The notes beneath the pieces are model-generated. The model made no database searches, was not told the DNA's origin, and saw nothing but the letters and a program-made list of their open reading frames with translations. A stretch of 63,836 bases of DNA, counting the filler, from Lenisia limosa (taxonomy: Eukaryota; Protista; Breviatea), in assembly GCA_001655205.1 (NCBI GenBank). It is 12 parts of 12 records of this genome, joined end to end, with 100 filler letters (N's around TTAATTAATTAA, not from the genome) between each part and the next. Parts side by side here need not be neighbours in the genome. Positions count along the whole stretch, not along the records: positions 1 to 12,366 come from LPNZ01005650.1; positions 12,467 to 14,655 come from LPNZ01000157.1; 10 more parts are not named here. One strand, 5' to 3'. Both the position numbers and the translations under genes were made by a program. Positions 1 through 13,199 of the stretch are shown here, one piece after another; the first letter of the stretch is position 1; each line of letters begins with the position of its first letter.

Positions 1-285
1 AGCCACAAGGTAGCTGAACCGCACCATATATTGCACAACACAAATATTGCAGGTACATCACCCTTCCATCTTATTTTCTCTTCGAATTGAAATGACGGTG
101 TTGGTTGTTTGGTAGTTATCTCCTTGTCTCCAGCTCCAAAGAGTTATTGTAAGCGGAATTGGTGTTTGTTGTAACTCTTTTTTTAATTATATATATTTTA
201 TAACCATGATTAGTAGAACACAACGACCTTATTTTATTTTTTTATCATAATTATTTCTCATACCGAATAATCATTAGACAACAGC

Positions 286-3087
286 ATGACAACTCTGGTG
301 CTCTGTGTGGGTCAATGTGGGGCCCAAGTAGGCAAGCCTCTTATTGAGTTATTGATGTGAGTAGGGTGGAAGACTCAATCTTGGTGAAAGCAAGAGTTCT
401 GTTAATAGAGACACGGTTGACATCTACAAAGGCATAGGAATGGGGTGTAAAAATATTTGTAAGTAGCGAGTATCACAATTCATTTTAAAGAGAGAATACT
501 AACTTTTTTTTCTTTATTATAAACAAAATACAAGGTAATAAATGTTCACTGTTCACTTCAATGTTCTTGAAATTAGAAAAGATAATTGTTTGAACACTTT
601 TCTCCTTTGAAAGATAGTGATAGATTACGGTGGAATATTAATCAGCATTAATCTAATTGTTCCTTGTTATAGGAAGGAAAACGCCGGGCAGTTCGTGTTC
701 TTAGCCATTGACTCCGAGCCCAAGGTTTGACTCCTTCTGTGGAATAAGATATTCATAACGGTTTTACGAAGAATCATTTGAGTTGAGTTTGTACACTGTG
801 TAGCCGCTTTATATTGTAATCTTGTTTATCATATACTATAGTATGTATATTATACATAAATATCATAGTTCATGTATTGTGCAGTGTATCATAGCAGTTT
901 AGGCCGTTCGCAACCTACCTAAAGCAGTACCAAAAATAACGGCTAACAGCGGAAGAGGCAATAATTGGGCTCTCGGTTAGTTTCGTGTACTTCAATGATG
1001 TTTTTCTTATTTCCAAGGCTACAATTCACCAACTGTGGACATTGATGATGCTGACGACCCTTCTCTCCTGAATCGAAGTGTCCGCAAAGTGGTTCAAATG
1101 GTGGGAAGGCATTGGTATCGTTGTGTCAAAAAAAGGGATATGAGGAACTGGATTAACATTCAAGGTCGAGAAATTGAGTAGCCTAAGAGGCATTCTAATG
1201 ATCCATTCTCTTGCTGGTGAGGGATTTTGTTGCAAAAGTCTATGTTAATATGTTTGTAACACAATAGGTGGCACAGGCGCAGGATTAGGATCAAGAATGC
1301 TCGAAGAGCTTCGAAAACTCTATTCAAATGTATGGTGTTTGATACAAGCAATTTTTTTATTTATTGATTTTTGTCAGACGTGATGAATTTTAGGTTATTA
1401 TCGCTTCCACTGTGGTTGCTCCTTTTGAAGATGGCGAAACACCCCTTCAATCCATCAACACATCATTGACGTTGGCTTGTGTATTTCAGTACAAAACATT
1501 CCAAGACAGCTTTATTTATACCCTAGATTGGCTTGGCTTCAAGAATACAGTGACTTCATCATGCTTTTCAAGAATGACGACATAATGTATGGCTTATCTC
1601 GGGCCAAGTCCACTACAAGGTTTGCACGTCTTGGATGCTTTTTCTTATCGTTTATAGAAAATCATCTTCCAAGACTGCAGTTTCCTTTGAAGGTCGGGAC
1701 TCATCCACACCATATCTCTTATCTCCTTTAGAATTGAACACATACATCGCAAGGTCCATTGCAGGGCTTATGAGCCCAGTAAAGGGGTAGGGTCAAGATT
1801 ATCATTATGGTCTCCTTTAGAAGTGCCCCAGTAATGCTGGATGATTTGCTTGTTCGAGCAGCTCCTAATCCACAGGTTCGTTTGAATTATCGTATTCAAT
1901 AATTGAGTTAGACAAAAATTGTCACATTGGCGCCTTCGATTGCTACTGGGTGAGGGGCGGTAGGTTTTAATATTTGTTTTGCAGTCTGTGCTTTATTGGA
2001 TGATACGTTTTGCTTTTTAGTTTCAGATTATACAATACTCCCAAGTTACTGAGCAGAGAGGAGCTAACTCTCACGTGGGGTGACCATGTCAGAAGACTCT
2101 CGAACCAAGTGTCNNNNNNNNNNNNNNNNNNNNNNNNNNNNNNNNNNNNNNNNNNNNNNNNNNNNNNNNNNNNNNNNNNNNNNNNNNNNNNNNNNNNNNN
2201 NNNNNNNNNNNNNNNNNNNNNNNNNNNNNNNNNNNNNNNNNNNNNNNNNNNNNNNNNNNNNNNNNCTTGGAGCCAACCTTCAAGAAACTGCAGCAAAGTC
2301 TGCGGTGGGGGCACGAGACCTTGCCTGTCTATTGCGTTGCTGCCAGGGCAAGTCCAATTCCCCCTCCAAAGCCAGGCCACTACCAAAACCCTAAGGCGCT
2401 ACTGTGAGTATGCTTCAGCACGGTTTCTGTTACAAAGTAGGGACGACATTTCCCCCGGACTGTACATGGCTGGCGTCTCGAGTGCCGTAGGTCCATGGCT
2501 CGCCTCCACGCATAACCGTGCTGCTGCCACTCTCAACCAGGGGGCTTATGTCCATTGGTAGGAAAGGATCCAGCTTTTTATGAGGGGGATTTTCTACCTC
2601 ATTGGTGTTCTGCATATCATATGTGATATCCAAGCAAGGCACTTTTGCTTTGCCAGTTTTTCTTAAGATTTCTATAAGCTGCTGCAGTAGATTTCAATTT
2701 GCTATTAGTTCGCTATTGACAGGCTTATAGTCTCTGACGGAATTGGGCAAAGGGCTGGTCGGGTCGAGGACGGTGGTTCTTTTTTTTGGGGGGGGGGGGG
2801 TTTNNNNNNNNNNNNNNNNNNNNNNNNNNNNNNNNNNNNNNNNNNNNNNNNNNNNNNNNNNNNNNNNNNNNNNNNNNNNNNNNNNNNNNNNNNNNNNNNN
2901 NNNNNNNNNNNNNNNNNNNNNNNNNNNNNNNNNNNNNCCCAGATTATTCAGTTTATTCTTGTTCATCCCCCCCCCCTCCCCCAGCTACGACCGGCTATTT
3001 GGGGGGTGGAGTGAAGTGTTTCCCTCCGCCTTCGGAGTGGTGAAGGAAGTTGTGGAAGCTTATAGGGATATGGTACCCCAGCGCTGA
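286..3087 (+). CDS. Divergent tubulin, zeta/delta (ZED-module) type; multi-exon, crosses N gaps
   Basis: Exons give MTTLVLCVGQCGAQVG, AIDSEPK, SGRGNNWALGY, HSLAGGTGAGLGSRMLEELR, APFEDGETPLQSINTSL, LAWLQEYSDFIMLFKNDD and C-terminal YDRLFGGWSEVFPSAFGVVKEVVEAYRDMVPQR*. These are tubulin GTP-binding motifs with the DSEPK/GRGNNWA/GETPLQ pattern I associate with zeta-like tubulins. Confidence 0.8.
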
Positions 3088-3251
3088 CCAAACCTGATCT
3101 TTATTTGCCTTTGAGTGAAAGAAGCAATGTGAAAGACGCGCCTTAGCTGGCACCGTCCCGTAATAGTGTGATTGTTATTTATGTATGTTATTCTCTGTTG
3201 GCCAAGAGCAAATCACATAAGAAGGGTAAAGAAGTGCATTAGAAGGGAAAA

Positions 3252-6183
3252 TTAAGCATCAAGAACGGTGTGGACCTAAGAAGTAAAAATAAACCAAAAT
3301 AAAGACCAAGTAGTAAAAGGGGATAAAGGATAGAATAAAAGATACCCCAATTTGAAGTTGGGCCAAAAGAAAACCTACCTGCTTCATGATTTCGGCCTCA
3401 ACCTTCTTGGCTTTCTCAAGAAGAGAAGTAGACTTGGTCTTCATGTCCGCAACCCATTCCTTGTCGGAGACGGATCCGAGGTTGACCTGAAGAAGTGAAA
3501 AAAAAATAATTAAATAATAAAGACTCCCGCAACGCCAAATCGCATTACTCCAGCCTTGGTAACCACGGACCTTGACGTTGAGGAAAGCACCCTCAATGGC
3601 AGTACGGGCACACAGAGCGCCGACACCAGCGTCGGTCACTGAGGCGGGGTTACCGATGGTGGCCATGGCCTTGGCAATCTCGAGGATCTCAAAAGAGGTC
3701 TAGAATGTAAGAGGACAAGACTCAAGCTGACCTGCATGACAGTCCAGGGCACAACGGCGGCGCCCTTGTTGGCCTCCTCAATTGCGGTAGTACGAGCAGC
3801 AACCTCGGCATCAGAACCCTTGGGCATCTTGATGGCTGCCATAACCTGGGCTGGTTAAGAGGGAAACCTCTGCAAGGATTTCACTACAACCTATACTATA
3901 TACAAACTCTTTTATTTTGATCGAGCTTACTTCGTTGAAGGCGTTGGTATCCTCATCAACGTAGATGACAAGCTTGTTCTTGAGAGCCATGGCCTTGTTG
4001 CCCCACTCGCTGAACTCAGGAACTCTGTCGTCCCATCCTAAAACTGTTGAAACGGCTCTAGTTCAGTGATTGTTGAAGCTCCAGGTACCAAGAGCATAAA
4101 CACATTTTCAAGTACCAAATCTGTCCAGTTGCAAACCTCTCTTGTTGGCGGATAAGTTGGCAACCATACCAGCGAGAGAAGCACCAAGGGCGCCGCAATA
4201 GGCAGCAATGGATCCCTGCAAATGTTAACAAAGCTTCTTTGTGGGACTTCACTCAGCAGCCCCACATACACCACCCGGGGCGGGGCTCTCGGAAATAGTT
4301 TCGTCACAGAAGGCGGGGAGGGTCATGTCGATGAGCTGCTTGGTGTCTGATGGGTTACAAAATGCGAATATGGTAATGGGCCAAGGAATGCAGTGAACAG
4401 TCTCGCTCACCCTTCTTGAGGTGGTCCTCGAGGAGGTATTCAATAACACGTTCACGGGGGTCAAAAGGAGCAAGGTCATCAAGACCAAGAGACTTGACAG
4501 CAATCTGCCTTCGTTAGTACTGTCAATCCTGAAACTAACAGCCTATTCCGTCACTTGTTGCCCCTACCTTGACGAGCTCGGACTCAGAAATGGCTGTGGA
4601 GCGGTTCTGCTTCTTAAGGTAGAACTTGGCAGCATCAGTGAGAACCTGGGGGTCAGATACCATGCTAAAAGTCAAAATGCCGTACCTTGAGGGGAACAAG
4701 GCCGCAAACTTCTGAGCCGGTAACGCGCATTCCACGTGCAGTGGCGCGTTCACAAGACTACAGTTGTCACATTTTTGCAAATGAAGGGATGCTCAAAGAA
4801 AAGCCACTCACGGTATCGAAGCACTCATGGACGGTAGTGACAGAAATGTTGGTCAGGTTGACAGAAACCTAGGGAGTTAGCTCGGAGGGGGGATGGTGGT
4901 CCAAAACATCTTGCTCAGCAGCTGGCGTACCTGGCAAATACCGTACTCCTCAATGTACCACCCGATGGCCTTGCAGCACTTCAAAAGTCCGGGCACACGC
5001 TCGGGCTTGCCGTCCGGTCCGTTGACTACCTCTCCTGCATGCGTCACGTTTCTTCAAAGGATGCCATGACTCATCATACCCCCCTCCGCGCACCAGTGAT
5101 GGGGCAGCCGATCCTCTTGACGCGACCGTTCTCACGGAGGTCAAAGGCTACGCTGTTGGCACGACGGGTGGAAGTGGTGTTGAGGTTCACCTATATGATT
5201 GTTAACACTACATTTCCTATATTCCCATTCCTCTGGTCCAAACCCCCCCCCCCACGTTGTACGCGACGAGGAAGTCACGAGCAGCAACACCGGTGACACC
5301 AGCAGTGACATTGAGCTCAGTAGGGCCGAAGCAGGGTTTCCATTCCTCAGTAGTAACCTTCTTGGCCATGGCCTCGTATTCTCCCTGCATGTAAGCATCT
5401 TCGTTAGCATCTTCATAATCATTTTGACTTTGTCCACAGTTCACCCCTCCCCCTACGGCACGGCAGGTGGCGAGGTTGCGACGCTTGTCAGAGAAGGCCG
5501 CGTTCTCGTAACAATAGACAGAAATGGCAAGCTCCTCTCCAATGCGCTTGGCAAGAGCACGAGCATATTCAACACACTACCACGGTCAACAATAGACAAA
5601 GGAATATCATAAAGATTGGGTCACTTACCTCGTCCATAGTGACATCAGAGATGGGGACAATGGGGCACACGTCAGTAGCTCCCATACGGGGGTGCTCTCC
5701 CTTGTGCTTGCGCTGAACATATCAGATATGCCATTGCCATACCAACAAATTTGTCCTTTGAAAATCTGTGAATGTCCTTATATTTCTCACTTTAGCCATA
5801 TAATATCGTCCTATCAACACAAAAAAGCAGGTCAGAGAACACTAGGAACCTTCTAGAAAAATCTTCTCATTGAATGAAGAACACTACTATTGCCTAAAAC
5901 ACCGCAAACCATATCAATGAGCTGGGCAGCCTTGCGAACAGCACGGAAAGCAGCTTCGCAGACCTTCTCGGGTTCACCAACGAGGGTAACAACAGTTCTG
6001 TTGGTAGCCTTTCCGGGATCAACATTGAGGAGGAGGACACCCTAAAATTCGATGAATATAAGTCTCCATGGGTTAAAATGCCCAACTTACATCAACCGAC
6101 TCGGCTTCGTCGGTGATCTGTTTGATGACAGCAAGGTCGCTACCTTCAGAGAAGTTGGGGACACACTCAATAAGACGAGGCAT
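3252..6183 (-). CDS. FTCD: Bifunctional glutamate formimidoyltransferase/cyclodeaminase; complete, about 15 exons
   Basis: [14 protein letters not shown] at the start, then [82 protein letters not shown], ending VHTVLDA*. All joins are GT-AG. Confidence 0.95.
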
Positions 6184-6376
6184 ATTGAAATAGGCCTGTT
6201 TGGAACAAATTTGGCGGTAAAAAAAGTAAAACACGAACCGGGGTTTTGGTTTTGCCGAACATTTGTTCCCACCATGCCTTTTGTGGAGAAAATACATTGA
6301 TAATTGATATCTTGAGGAGATTGTTTTGTTGAGAGAACTAAAGGAATTTGTTTTATTCCTCTTATTGTGAATCAAA
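6184..6376. promoter_or_regulatory. Putative bidirectional promoter (FTCD / NCL)
   Basis: Two divergent ATGs 193 bp apart in AT-rich spacer DNA. Confidence 0.5.
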
Positions 6377-9272
6377 ATGGTCAGCCATTGTACGGATGAC
6401 TCATTTGACTGTGCTCCATGGTTCGTTACAGTGTAAAATGTCGAATTTAACGGCTTCAGGGCGGAATGTCTGAGTGAAACGTTCCCTTGCTCTCACTCTG
6501 TTCTCGGCAACCTTGTTCTTATCCTTTTCTACGGTTTTATTATCTCCAAGGGAGCTACCTTCATTGCAGATGGATCGTAAGGGCACTGGTTCTGCATTCT
6601 CTCTTACGTTTTAGAGAGCTTCTTATGGAGATCCTTGACCCTGGTAAGTAAGTCAACCGACTGGAAGATTCAGTATTAAGACAATTTATTTGAAAATATT
6701 TAGTCAAGTTCATTCGTTGGTTTTACCAAAGTAGGGCTTATTGGAGGATTCCTTCTTCCTGTTCTTGGAGCTGTGCCTGACGCAGCAATCATTGTTGTAT
6801 CCTGTCTTGGCCCAATCGAGACTGTCAAGGACCAAATTGTGGGTGACTGAATTGGGTAAAGTGCTTCTCAAAGGCTACGTGTGTTAGAAATAAAAAGTTT
6901 TTTAATTAAGTTGGTGTACAATCCGTCTCCATCAGGGAATTGACTGTTGTGATTGGGCGGGCTGTTTGGGTGATGGCTTTTGACTTGTATTACTGTGGAT
7001 TCAGCCTTATAAAATTGTGTAAACGCGTACGAAAGCATACCATTTGCTTTTTCCCCCAACATACCGTGCTTCGTCCGTTTTTTGCTGAAGTCGTACATAT
7101 TCAAATTTCATTTCATCAGGCGGTTGGAGTCGGAACCTTGGCGGGCTCAACAATCATGCTACTTACTCTTCCATTCGCGGGTTCTCTTATCTCTGGCCGC
7201 TGCGATCTTGGTAGGGGCGGATCTGTATCTGTTTTTAAAATCACTATTCATGATTTTTACCTTTTTTTTTTCCAAAACAAAAGTATTCCCTCTTTTGATA
7301 TCCTCAGAAAAGAACCACGAAGGCAAACTCAAGGCAGTCGACGGGAAGTTGACTCATGGTATGCGGTAGAGAATCGCAGTATTGCCTTATGTTACTATTT
7401 AGGAAAGAGTCTCACCAAAACTGGCGGTTCAGTGTTCAGTGATGTTCCTGTCAATGCCCGCATCATGATGTTGACCACCCTGCCTTATTTCATAATCCAG
7501 AGTGGGATTCTCACTTGTGGAGTGTAGATGATCATGATATTATTTTTACTCATAACACAGTCCGCACTTTCTTTGTTAAGTCGTTTGACGAGAGCGAAGA
7601 CAAGCAAGTTCATGATGAGAAGGTGGGTTGATGTCCCCCAAGCTCTTATTAACAAATTCAGGATTATGCTTTCATTGCCTTTATCATTGGGGCAGTCAGC
7701 TTCTGCCTCTATTCCAGTGAGTTGTCCAAAGCTAGAGAATATGACTGACTTAATTAATTACCCACCGGGTGTGAAGTTGACTCATCATCCAGTTTACCAG
7801 GTGATGTCAGCCCACTCCAAAGACGTCCAAAAGCGCCGTTTTGAGGAAGTCCGCCAACGCCACCTCACTGCTAAGGTCTGTGTTGGTCTTGGATTGACTA
7901 TATTTTTTCAAATAGCAACTGTGAAATACATATATCATAGCAGGATATTATTTACTCCAATAGGCCGTGTCTGCATTTTCAGCTAGCATGCGCCGCAATG
8001 TTTCCGTGCAAAGCGGTAAGAGTGGATTTAAAACTTGTGTTTTGTACTCTATTTCACCCTTTAGCGGAGAATGCACCCCTTCTCAATGAGCCAACCGCCA
8101 TCAACAGGGGTTCTTCCGCGCACTCTCTTGCGCTGAAGTGGAAAGTGAGTTCTCCAACCTGTTTTTCTTGTCTTTTGCGTTGTAATCTTATCAATCAGAT
8201 GAAGACCCAAGCCAATCGTATTGAGGATCAGGGTGCTGCTGAAGATGGTGGGTTCGGGGGTAATTGGTACAGTTAGGCCTTTTGTCTGTTGAAATGATGT
8301 ATTGCAGAGGCAATGAACGAAGAATCCCATCAATCAAAGGGTGCAATTGCACGCAAATCAGCTCTCTATCTTTTCATTGGGTGAGTTCTCCCCTTTTGTT
8401 ATTCATTCAATTTAGTACTTTGATTGTGGTCGTTTTCTCTGACCCCATGGTTGATGCAATCTCAGGATGGGGCAAGGCGGCCGGAATTAGTGGGGGGGGG
8501 GTNNNNNNNNNNNNNNNNNNNNNNNNNNNNNNNNNNNNNNCGCTTTCTATGTGTCCTTCATTGTGACTCCCCTCGCATCTAATGCAAGTGAAATCCTTGC
8601 TTCTCTCTCGTTCGCCTCTAAGAAAAAGACAAGGAATCTCTCTATGTCGTATGTGGAGTTCACACTGATTACCAACTGCCTTTTCTTGTGTTTTTATCGT
8701 TATCTTCAAGGTTCTCTGCTCTTTTTGGAGCTGCCACTCTCAACAACACTCTTTGCCTCAGGTAATGCCATGTTCAGATTTTCCTTCTTTATTTAATGTG
8801 GTGTGACTCCTTCTTACCACATTAGTATTTTCCTTTTCTTCATTTACAACCGCGGTTTGACCTGGACTTTCTCAGCTGAAACTGGTAAGCGCTTCAGTAC
8901 TATTTATTATTGGGCTTCCCAGCCGAATTTCTCTATATGTCGATATTTTGTGGTTCTTTTTGTGACCAAAGGCTTCATACATGTTTGCACCTGACCTGTA
9001 TAAAAATTGCTGTGAAAGGCTACAGCATGAGACAACCTTTAATCCCATTTCTACATAGCGATATCCTAACTAACACTCCAGCCGCTATTCTCCTGGTCAT
9101 CTTCCTTTCCTTCCTTGTCGGCTGCAATAAAACCACATACAAGCACATGTGAGTCAAGGAAGCTTACTTGTGTTTCTGACCTTTCAGCTGGGCTTACTTT
9201 CTTATCATGCTGTTCCCTCTGTCGCTTGGTTTGGTGTACTTCTTGGAGTCCGATCAAATCGGCTGGGATTAA
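6377..9272 (+). CDS. Na+/Ca2+ exchanger-like (NCL/EFCAX family) membrane protein; multi-exon
   Basis: LGNLVLILFYGFIISKGATFIADGS-ELLMEILDPG-LIGGFLLPVLGAVPDAAII, VGVGTLAGSTIMLLTLP..GRCDL, FSDPMVDAI, FIVTPLASNASEILASLSFASKKK, NRGLTWTFSAET, ending LESDQIGWD*. These match the two alpha-repeats of plant NCL. Confidence 0.85.
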
Positions 9273-9387
9273 GTGTTTCCGAGGTCTCCCCATCATTTAG
9301 AATTTCTTTTGTATAATACATAATATATTTTATGTGAGAGTTAACGCCAATGGAATCAGGGATATATCAGTGTCGAAAATTAACAGT

Positions 9388-11900
9388 TTAGCGCCTGCGA
9401 CGAGATTTTGAAACGTCATCAACCTGCAGAATCATTTAAAGCACAAGGTAGGGTTTAGTTATGGAGATCCTACCTTTTGCATTTCTAAGATGTCAGCTTC
9501 GATTTCTTCGAGTTCTGAAATAAGGGGACGAAGCTCGTCATAACGCACGCGGGCCAAACCAAATCCAAGACGCCGCATCTCTTTCTCTGAGAGATAAAAA
9601 ACGCCTACGTTCCCTACGAGATTTCGGTTCACCATCGGAGTTCTCAATAACACGAGCCACCCAGTAGTTTTGCTGGAGATATGAGATACGTCAAGTGGCA
9701 ACTCACAGTTCGACTGAAGAAGGATGCCACAATCTCATGAGGCTTGGGGGTGATTTCTGCTTCTTCTGCCAAGACTGCCTCCCGGAGCTTGACTGGTTAT
9801 AAACACACCAACGAAGAATTCCAAGTGTAATGCCAATCTTACTCTATCTCTTGTCCGGAGTCTTTCTTTTTTCTTCAACTCCTTCAGTTTCAGAGCCTCC
9901 TCCTCATCATCAACATCAACGTACTCATCTGAAAGGTTACAAAGAGTGGTTTTTTAAAATACCAAATCAGGAATATAACAAAAAACCTCACCATCATCGT
10001 CTTCATCTTCTTCATCGTTGGATTCTGACTCGGACTCAGACTAATAAAAAAAAAGAAAGTTAAACTGGCAAATACTCCACGTCCGAAATTATTCACCAAA
10101 CACCCAGAACTTTCGAAAAAAAAACAATATTACGTAGTTAACATTAAAGTCTATCGAGATAATGGATGATAGTATAATAATTCACCCAATCATAGGCCAT
10201 AACTCTGTGCAGCTTTCAACTATTAAATACGTAGAGTTTTTAGTCAGTTGAACAAAAGTTGAGGGTTTCCCACTTCTTGCCACAAGGGCTTGTCTGAGGC
10301 TTCCAGAAGGTTCCAGCCGTCCATTTTTGACAGATCCAGGCTCCAGAAATCATTCAAAATAACTTCATGAGTCCCTTGCTCGTAAACTCCACCAAACCTA
10401 AGAATGATGATTCTTCAAAAAAATAAAATAAAAAATAACCAAACACCCGCCGACATATAAAGCATGTTGCTGACGATAACAACTGAAGGAGATGCGCGTT
10501 CGCATGGCGCCTCTGGGAGGTCTGAATCTTCCACCTGCATCTGCTTAACCTGAAGGAGTAAAAAAAATTGAAACAGTCATTATGCAACGAGAGCGCACCT
10601 GGTCCGCGATGTCCTTCTCCGAAGTAGGTGTTGAATCTTCAGCCAGCATTTCTGCCGTGGCCTTCTCTGCCGCCGCCTCAGCTTTCAGCGACAATCTAAG
10701 AGCTGCCTGTCTCTTCTCATGGTCTTCAATGATAGTGTCCATCTCTTCACCGTCTTCAAGTCTCTTCNNNNNNNNNNNNNNNNNNNNNNNNNNNNNNNNN
10801 NNNNNNNNNNATGAAATGTGGATCAGAAAGAGAAAAAAAAACCGTATTTTTTCATGGGTACAAAAAGAAACATTTAAACTAAAGTCATTCTGCCGCCCGG
10901 CGTTAATGTTTCTTCTAAGTTCAAAAGGGGGATGAAAATGAAGAAATGTCAGATTCTTATCTGAGACCAGCCTAACCCGCTGTGTTTTTCACTGACCCCA
11001 TTCAATTATCTCTAAAAAAACATGAAAGTAATGCACAACCCCTACTACCATCCCAATCGTCAATAGCCAAGGTTTCTGTTTCCTCCTCCTATTTGGTCAA
11101 TAAAAACAGCCAACGTTTCCTCACCTCAACGTCCATCGAAGCATCACCGGCCTTTTTGACTCTGAAAGGTCAGATTTGCAGTATCCAGAGCTGCGCACCT
11201 TCTTGACTTTTTGGCCTTCTTCTTTTTGATCGTAAGGGGGAACCAGCGACGATTATCAATTTGGAAAGAGTACCTAAGAGATCAACACCCATCTTCAGAT
11301 CGTTATCAACCAACATGTCATTGAGATATATGCTGTTCATGGTTTCCTCATCCTTGTCATCATCCACTGCTCCTCCAAGGACAATGGCACGGTTCTTGTG
11401 AACCCTGGTAGTCATAAATGGTTCGGATTTCTAGCATCAAATAAGATGAACTATGGTGCCCTCCTCTTACGCCATGCCAAAGCCAGTTCTCGGGGTGGGA
11501 ACAAACAACCCAGCCTTCTTCGTCTTCTCCCATCTTGACAGTTGAATATTCTCAATATTCAGGTCCAGGGTCCAAATGTCTGGTGGTGAGATGAGCAGTT
11601 TTGTCATTTTGCCGAACAGGAATTGTTAAAAATCATGGATTTGAGAGACAATCTCGAAAACGTTTGTTTTAGAGTTTCCAAAACACTGCCCTACCATTAT
11701 GCACCTTACTGACAGCCTTTTTGCTTTTCTCGACCACTCGACTGTATCCGCCAAAAATCATAATCTAGGGAGTGAAACATAACTCCCCAAGGTTAACTTG
11801 CTTTCAGCATCAGCACAAACTTTTGAGGACTGTGGAGGATGAAACATGCCAAAACCGGAGCGGGGATGTGGGGTATTGTGCTCAGGGGTCTTGATCTGCG
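9388..11900 (-). CDS. KLHDC4: Kelch-repeat protein with C-terminal DUF4110-like domain (KLHDC4/Kel3 homolog); 5' part missing
   Basis: PHPRSGFGM, IFGGYSRV, PTPRTGFGMA, AIVLGGAVDDD..SIYLND, FGGVYEQGTHEVILNDFWSLDLSKMDGW, an acidic linker, ITPKPHEIVASFFSRTQNYW, EKEMRRLGFGLARVRYDELRPLISELEEIE. Confidence 0.8.
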
Positions 11901-12410
11901 AAACATTAGCGCAGGTCGAATTTTGAATTTTTATTTATTTTGTTATTCAACCTCCCCATTTTTTTGTTTTTTTTTTGTCACCCCACCCCATTTTTACTTG
12001 ACTGAAGCTTTCAGCATTAAGTAGAAATTTAGTACGTTGAAAATGAGTGAATAGGAACAAAAAAGAAGAATTAACTTTTTTTTTAAAAAAAGTCCAATAA
12101 TGAATAATATTTTCAAAATGTCTTCTTTTTTGCCTTTTCCACTTCGTCTTTAAAATTTTAAGATTGTTGTGGATATCGGCTGCATATAAATTTAGCACGT
12201 ACAAAATGAATCAAATCTGAAAAATCCAAAATCAAACTGCTGTTCTCAATTTATTTAGCTTTTATTTTCTAAATTGCTACTTGTCATTGTTTTTCCATTC
12301 ATTGCCTTCTTTTGTAATTCACGCAATAGAGGATAAGGGACTTGGTCAAAAAGCAGCCGCCTATTTNNNNNNNNNNNNNNNNNNNNNNNNNNNNNNNNNN
12401 NNNNNNNNNN

Positions 12411-12422
12411 TTAATTAATTAA
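12411..12422. other. Artificial contig-join linker, six-frame stop TTAATTAATTAA between N runs
   Basis: Identical linker at 12411, 14700, 17410, 32824, 34387, 36743, 38326, 49399, 51190, 55742 and 61943. Confidence 0.95.
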
Positions 12423-13199
12423 NNNNNNNNNNNNNNNNNNNNNNNNNNNNNNNNNNNNNNNNNNNNAGAGCCATGTCAGAAAGTCCAGAGGATGCGGACT
12501 TTCCACCAAGGAGAGTTGAAGGAAGTGACCCGGCAATCTAAAGCAATCATAAACAATCTAAAGCAATCTAAGTAATCGAAGCAATATAGCAACCAGACCA
12601 CAGAGAACAGTGTATCTCAACATATCGACCTCCAACAAGGCACATAGAACTTCAAAAATACCACCTTGAGCACCTCCCCACCCCCTTTTTTCTTTCCTAG
12701 TATCATCACCCCTGAGTCGTACAATCAAGCAACGATAATATGAACACAGTATTTCGACTTACATTTCCAAGAAGAGACATGAACATGTTTGACTCGGACT
12801 TGCTGCCAGAGGAGGACTTGGCAACGTCAACAGCGGCAGTGGCTGTGGCTGCACCAGCGTCTAATACGTCAAGGCAGGTCCGAAAAAAAGGGGAACATAT
12901 CGACATGCATCATGAGAGCTTTATGCCGGTTCGAAAAAGATTTACCGATATTCAAAGAGAATGATTCATTATTTTCCCCTCTGTCTCTCTCTATTCTTCC
13001 TTCTTCCTTCTTTCACCTGTTTTTCTCTTTGCAGCAGAAAATGTGGGCAATGTGTGAAAATTTAACCAACTTATTTGAAAATTGAATAATCAGTCGGTGT
13101 GGAAAACCGATTTGAGGCTTCACTTTCCTTCCAAAAATTGGATAAACTATCGATAATAATAATCAGCATACCGACGGCATCCTTATTGTCCATGATTAT

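Noticed and set aside
12367-12466. TTAATTAATTAA repeated 11 times between N runs as a possible biological motif or CRISPR-like repeat
   Set aside because: It has constant 44-N flanks and gives stops in all six frames, so it is an artificial concatenation linker.
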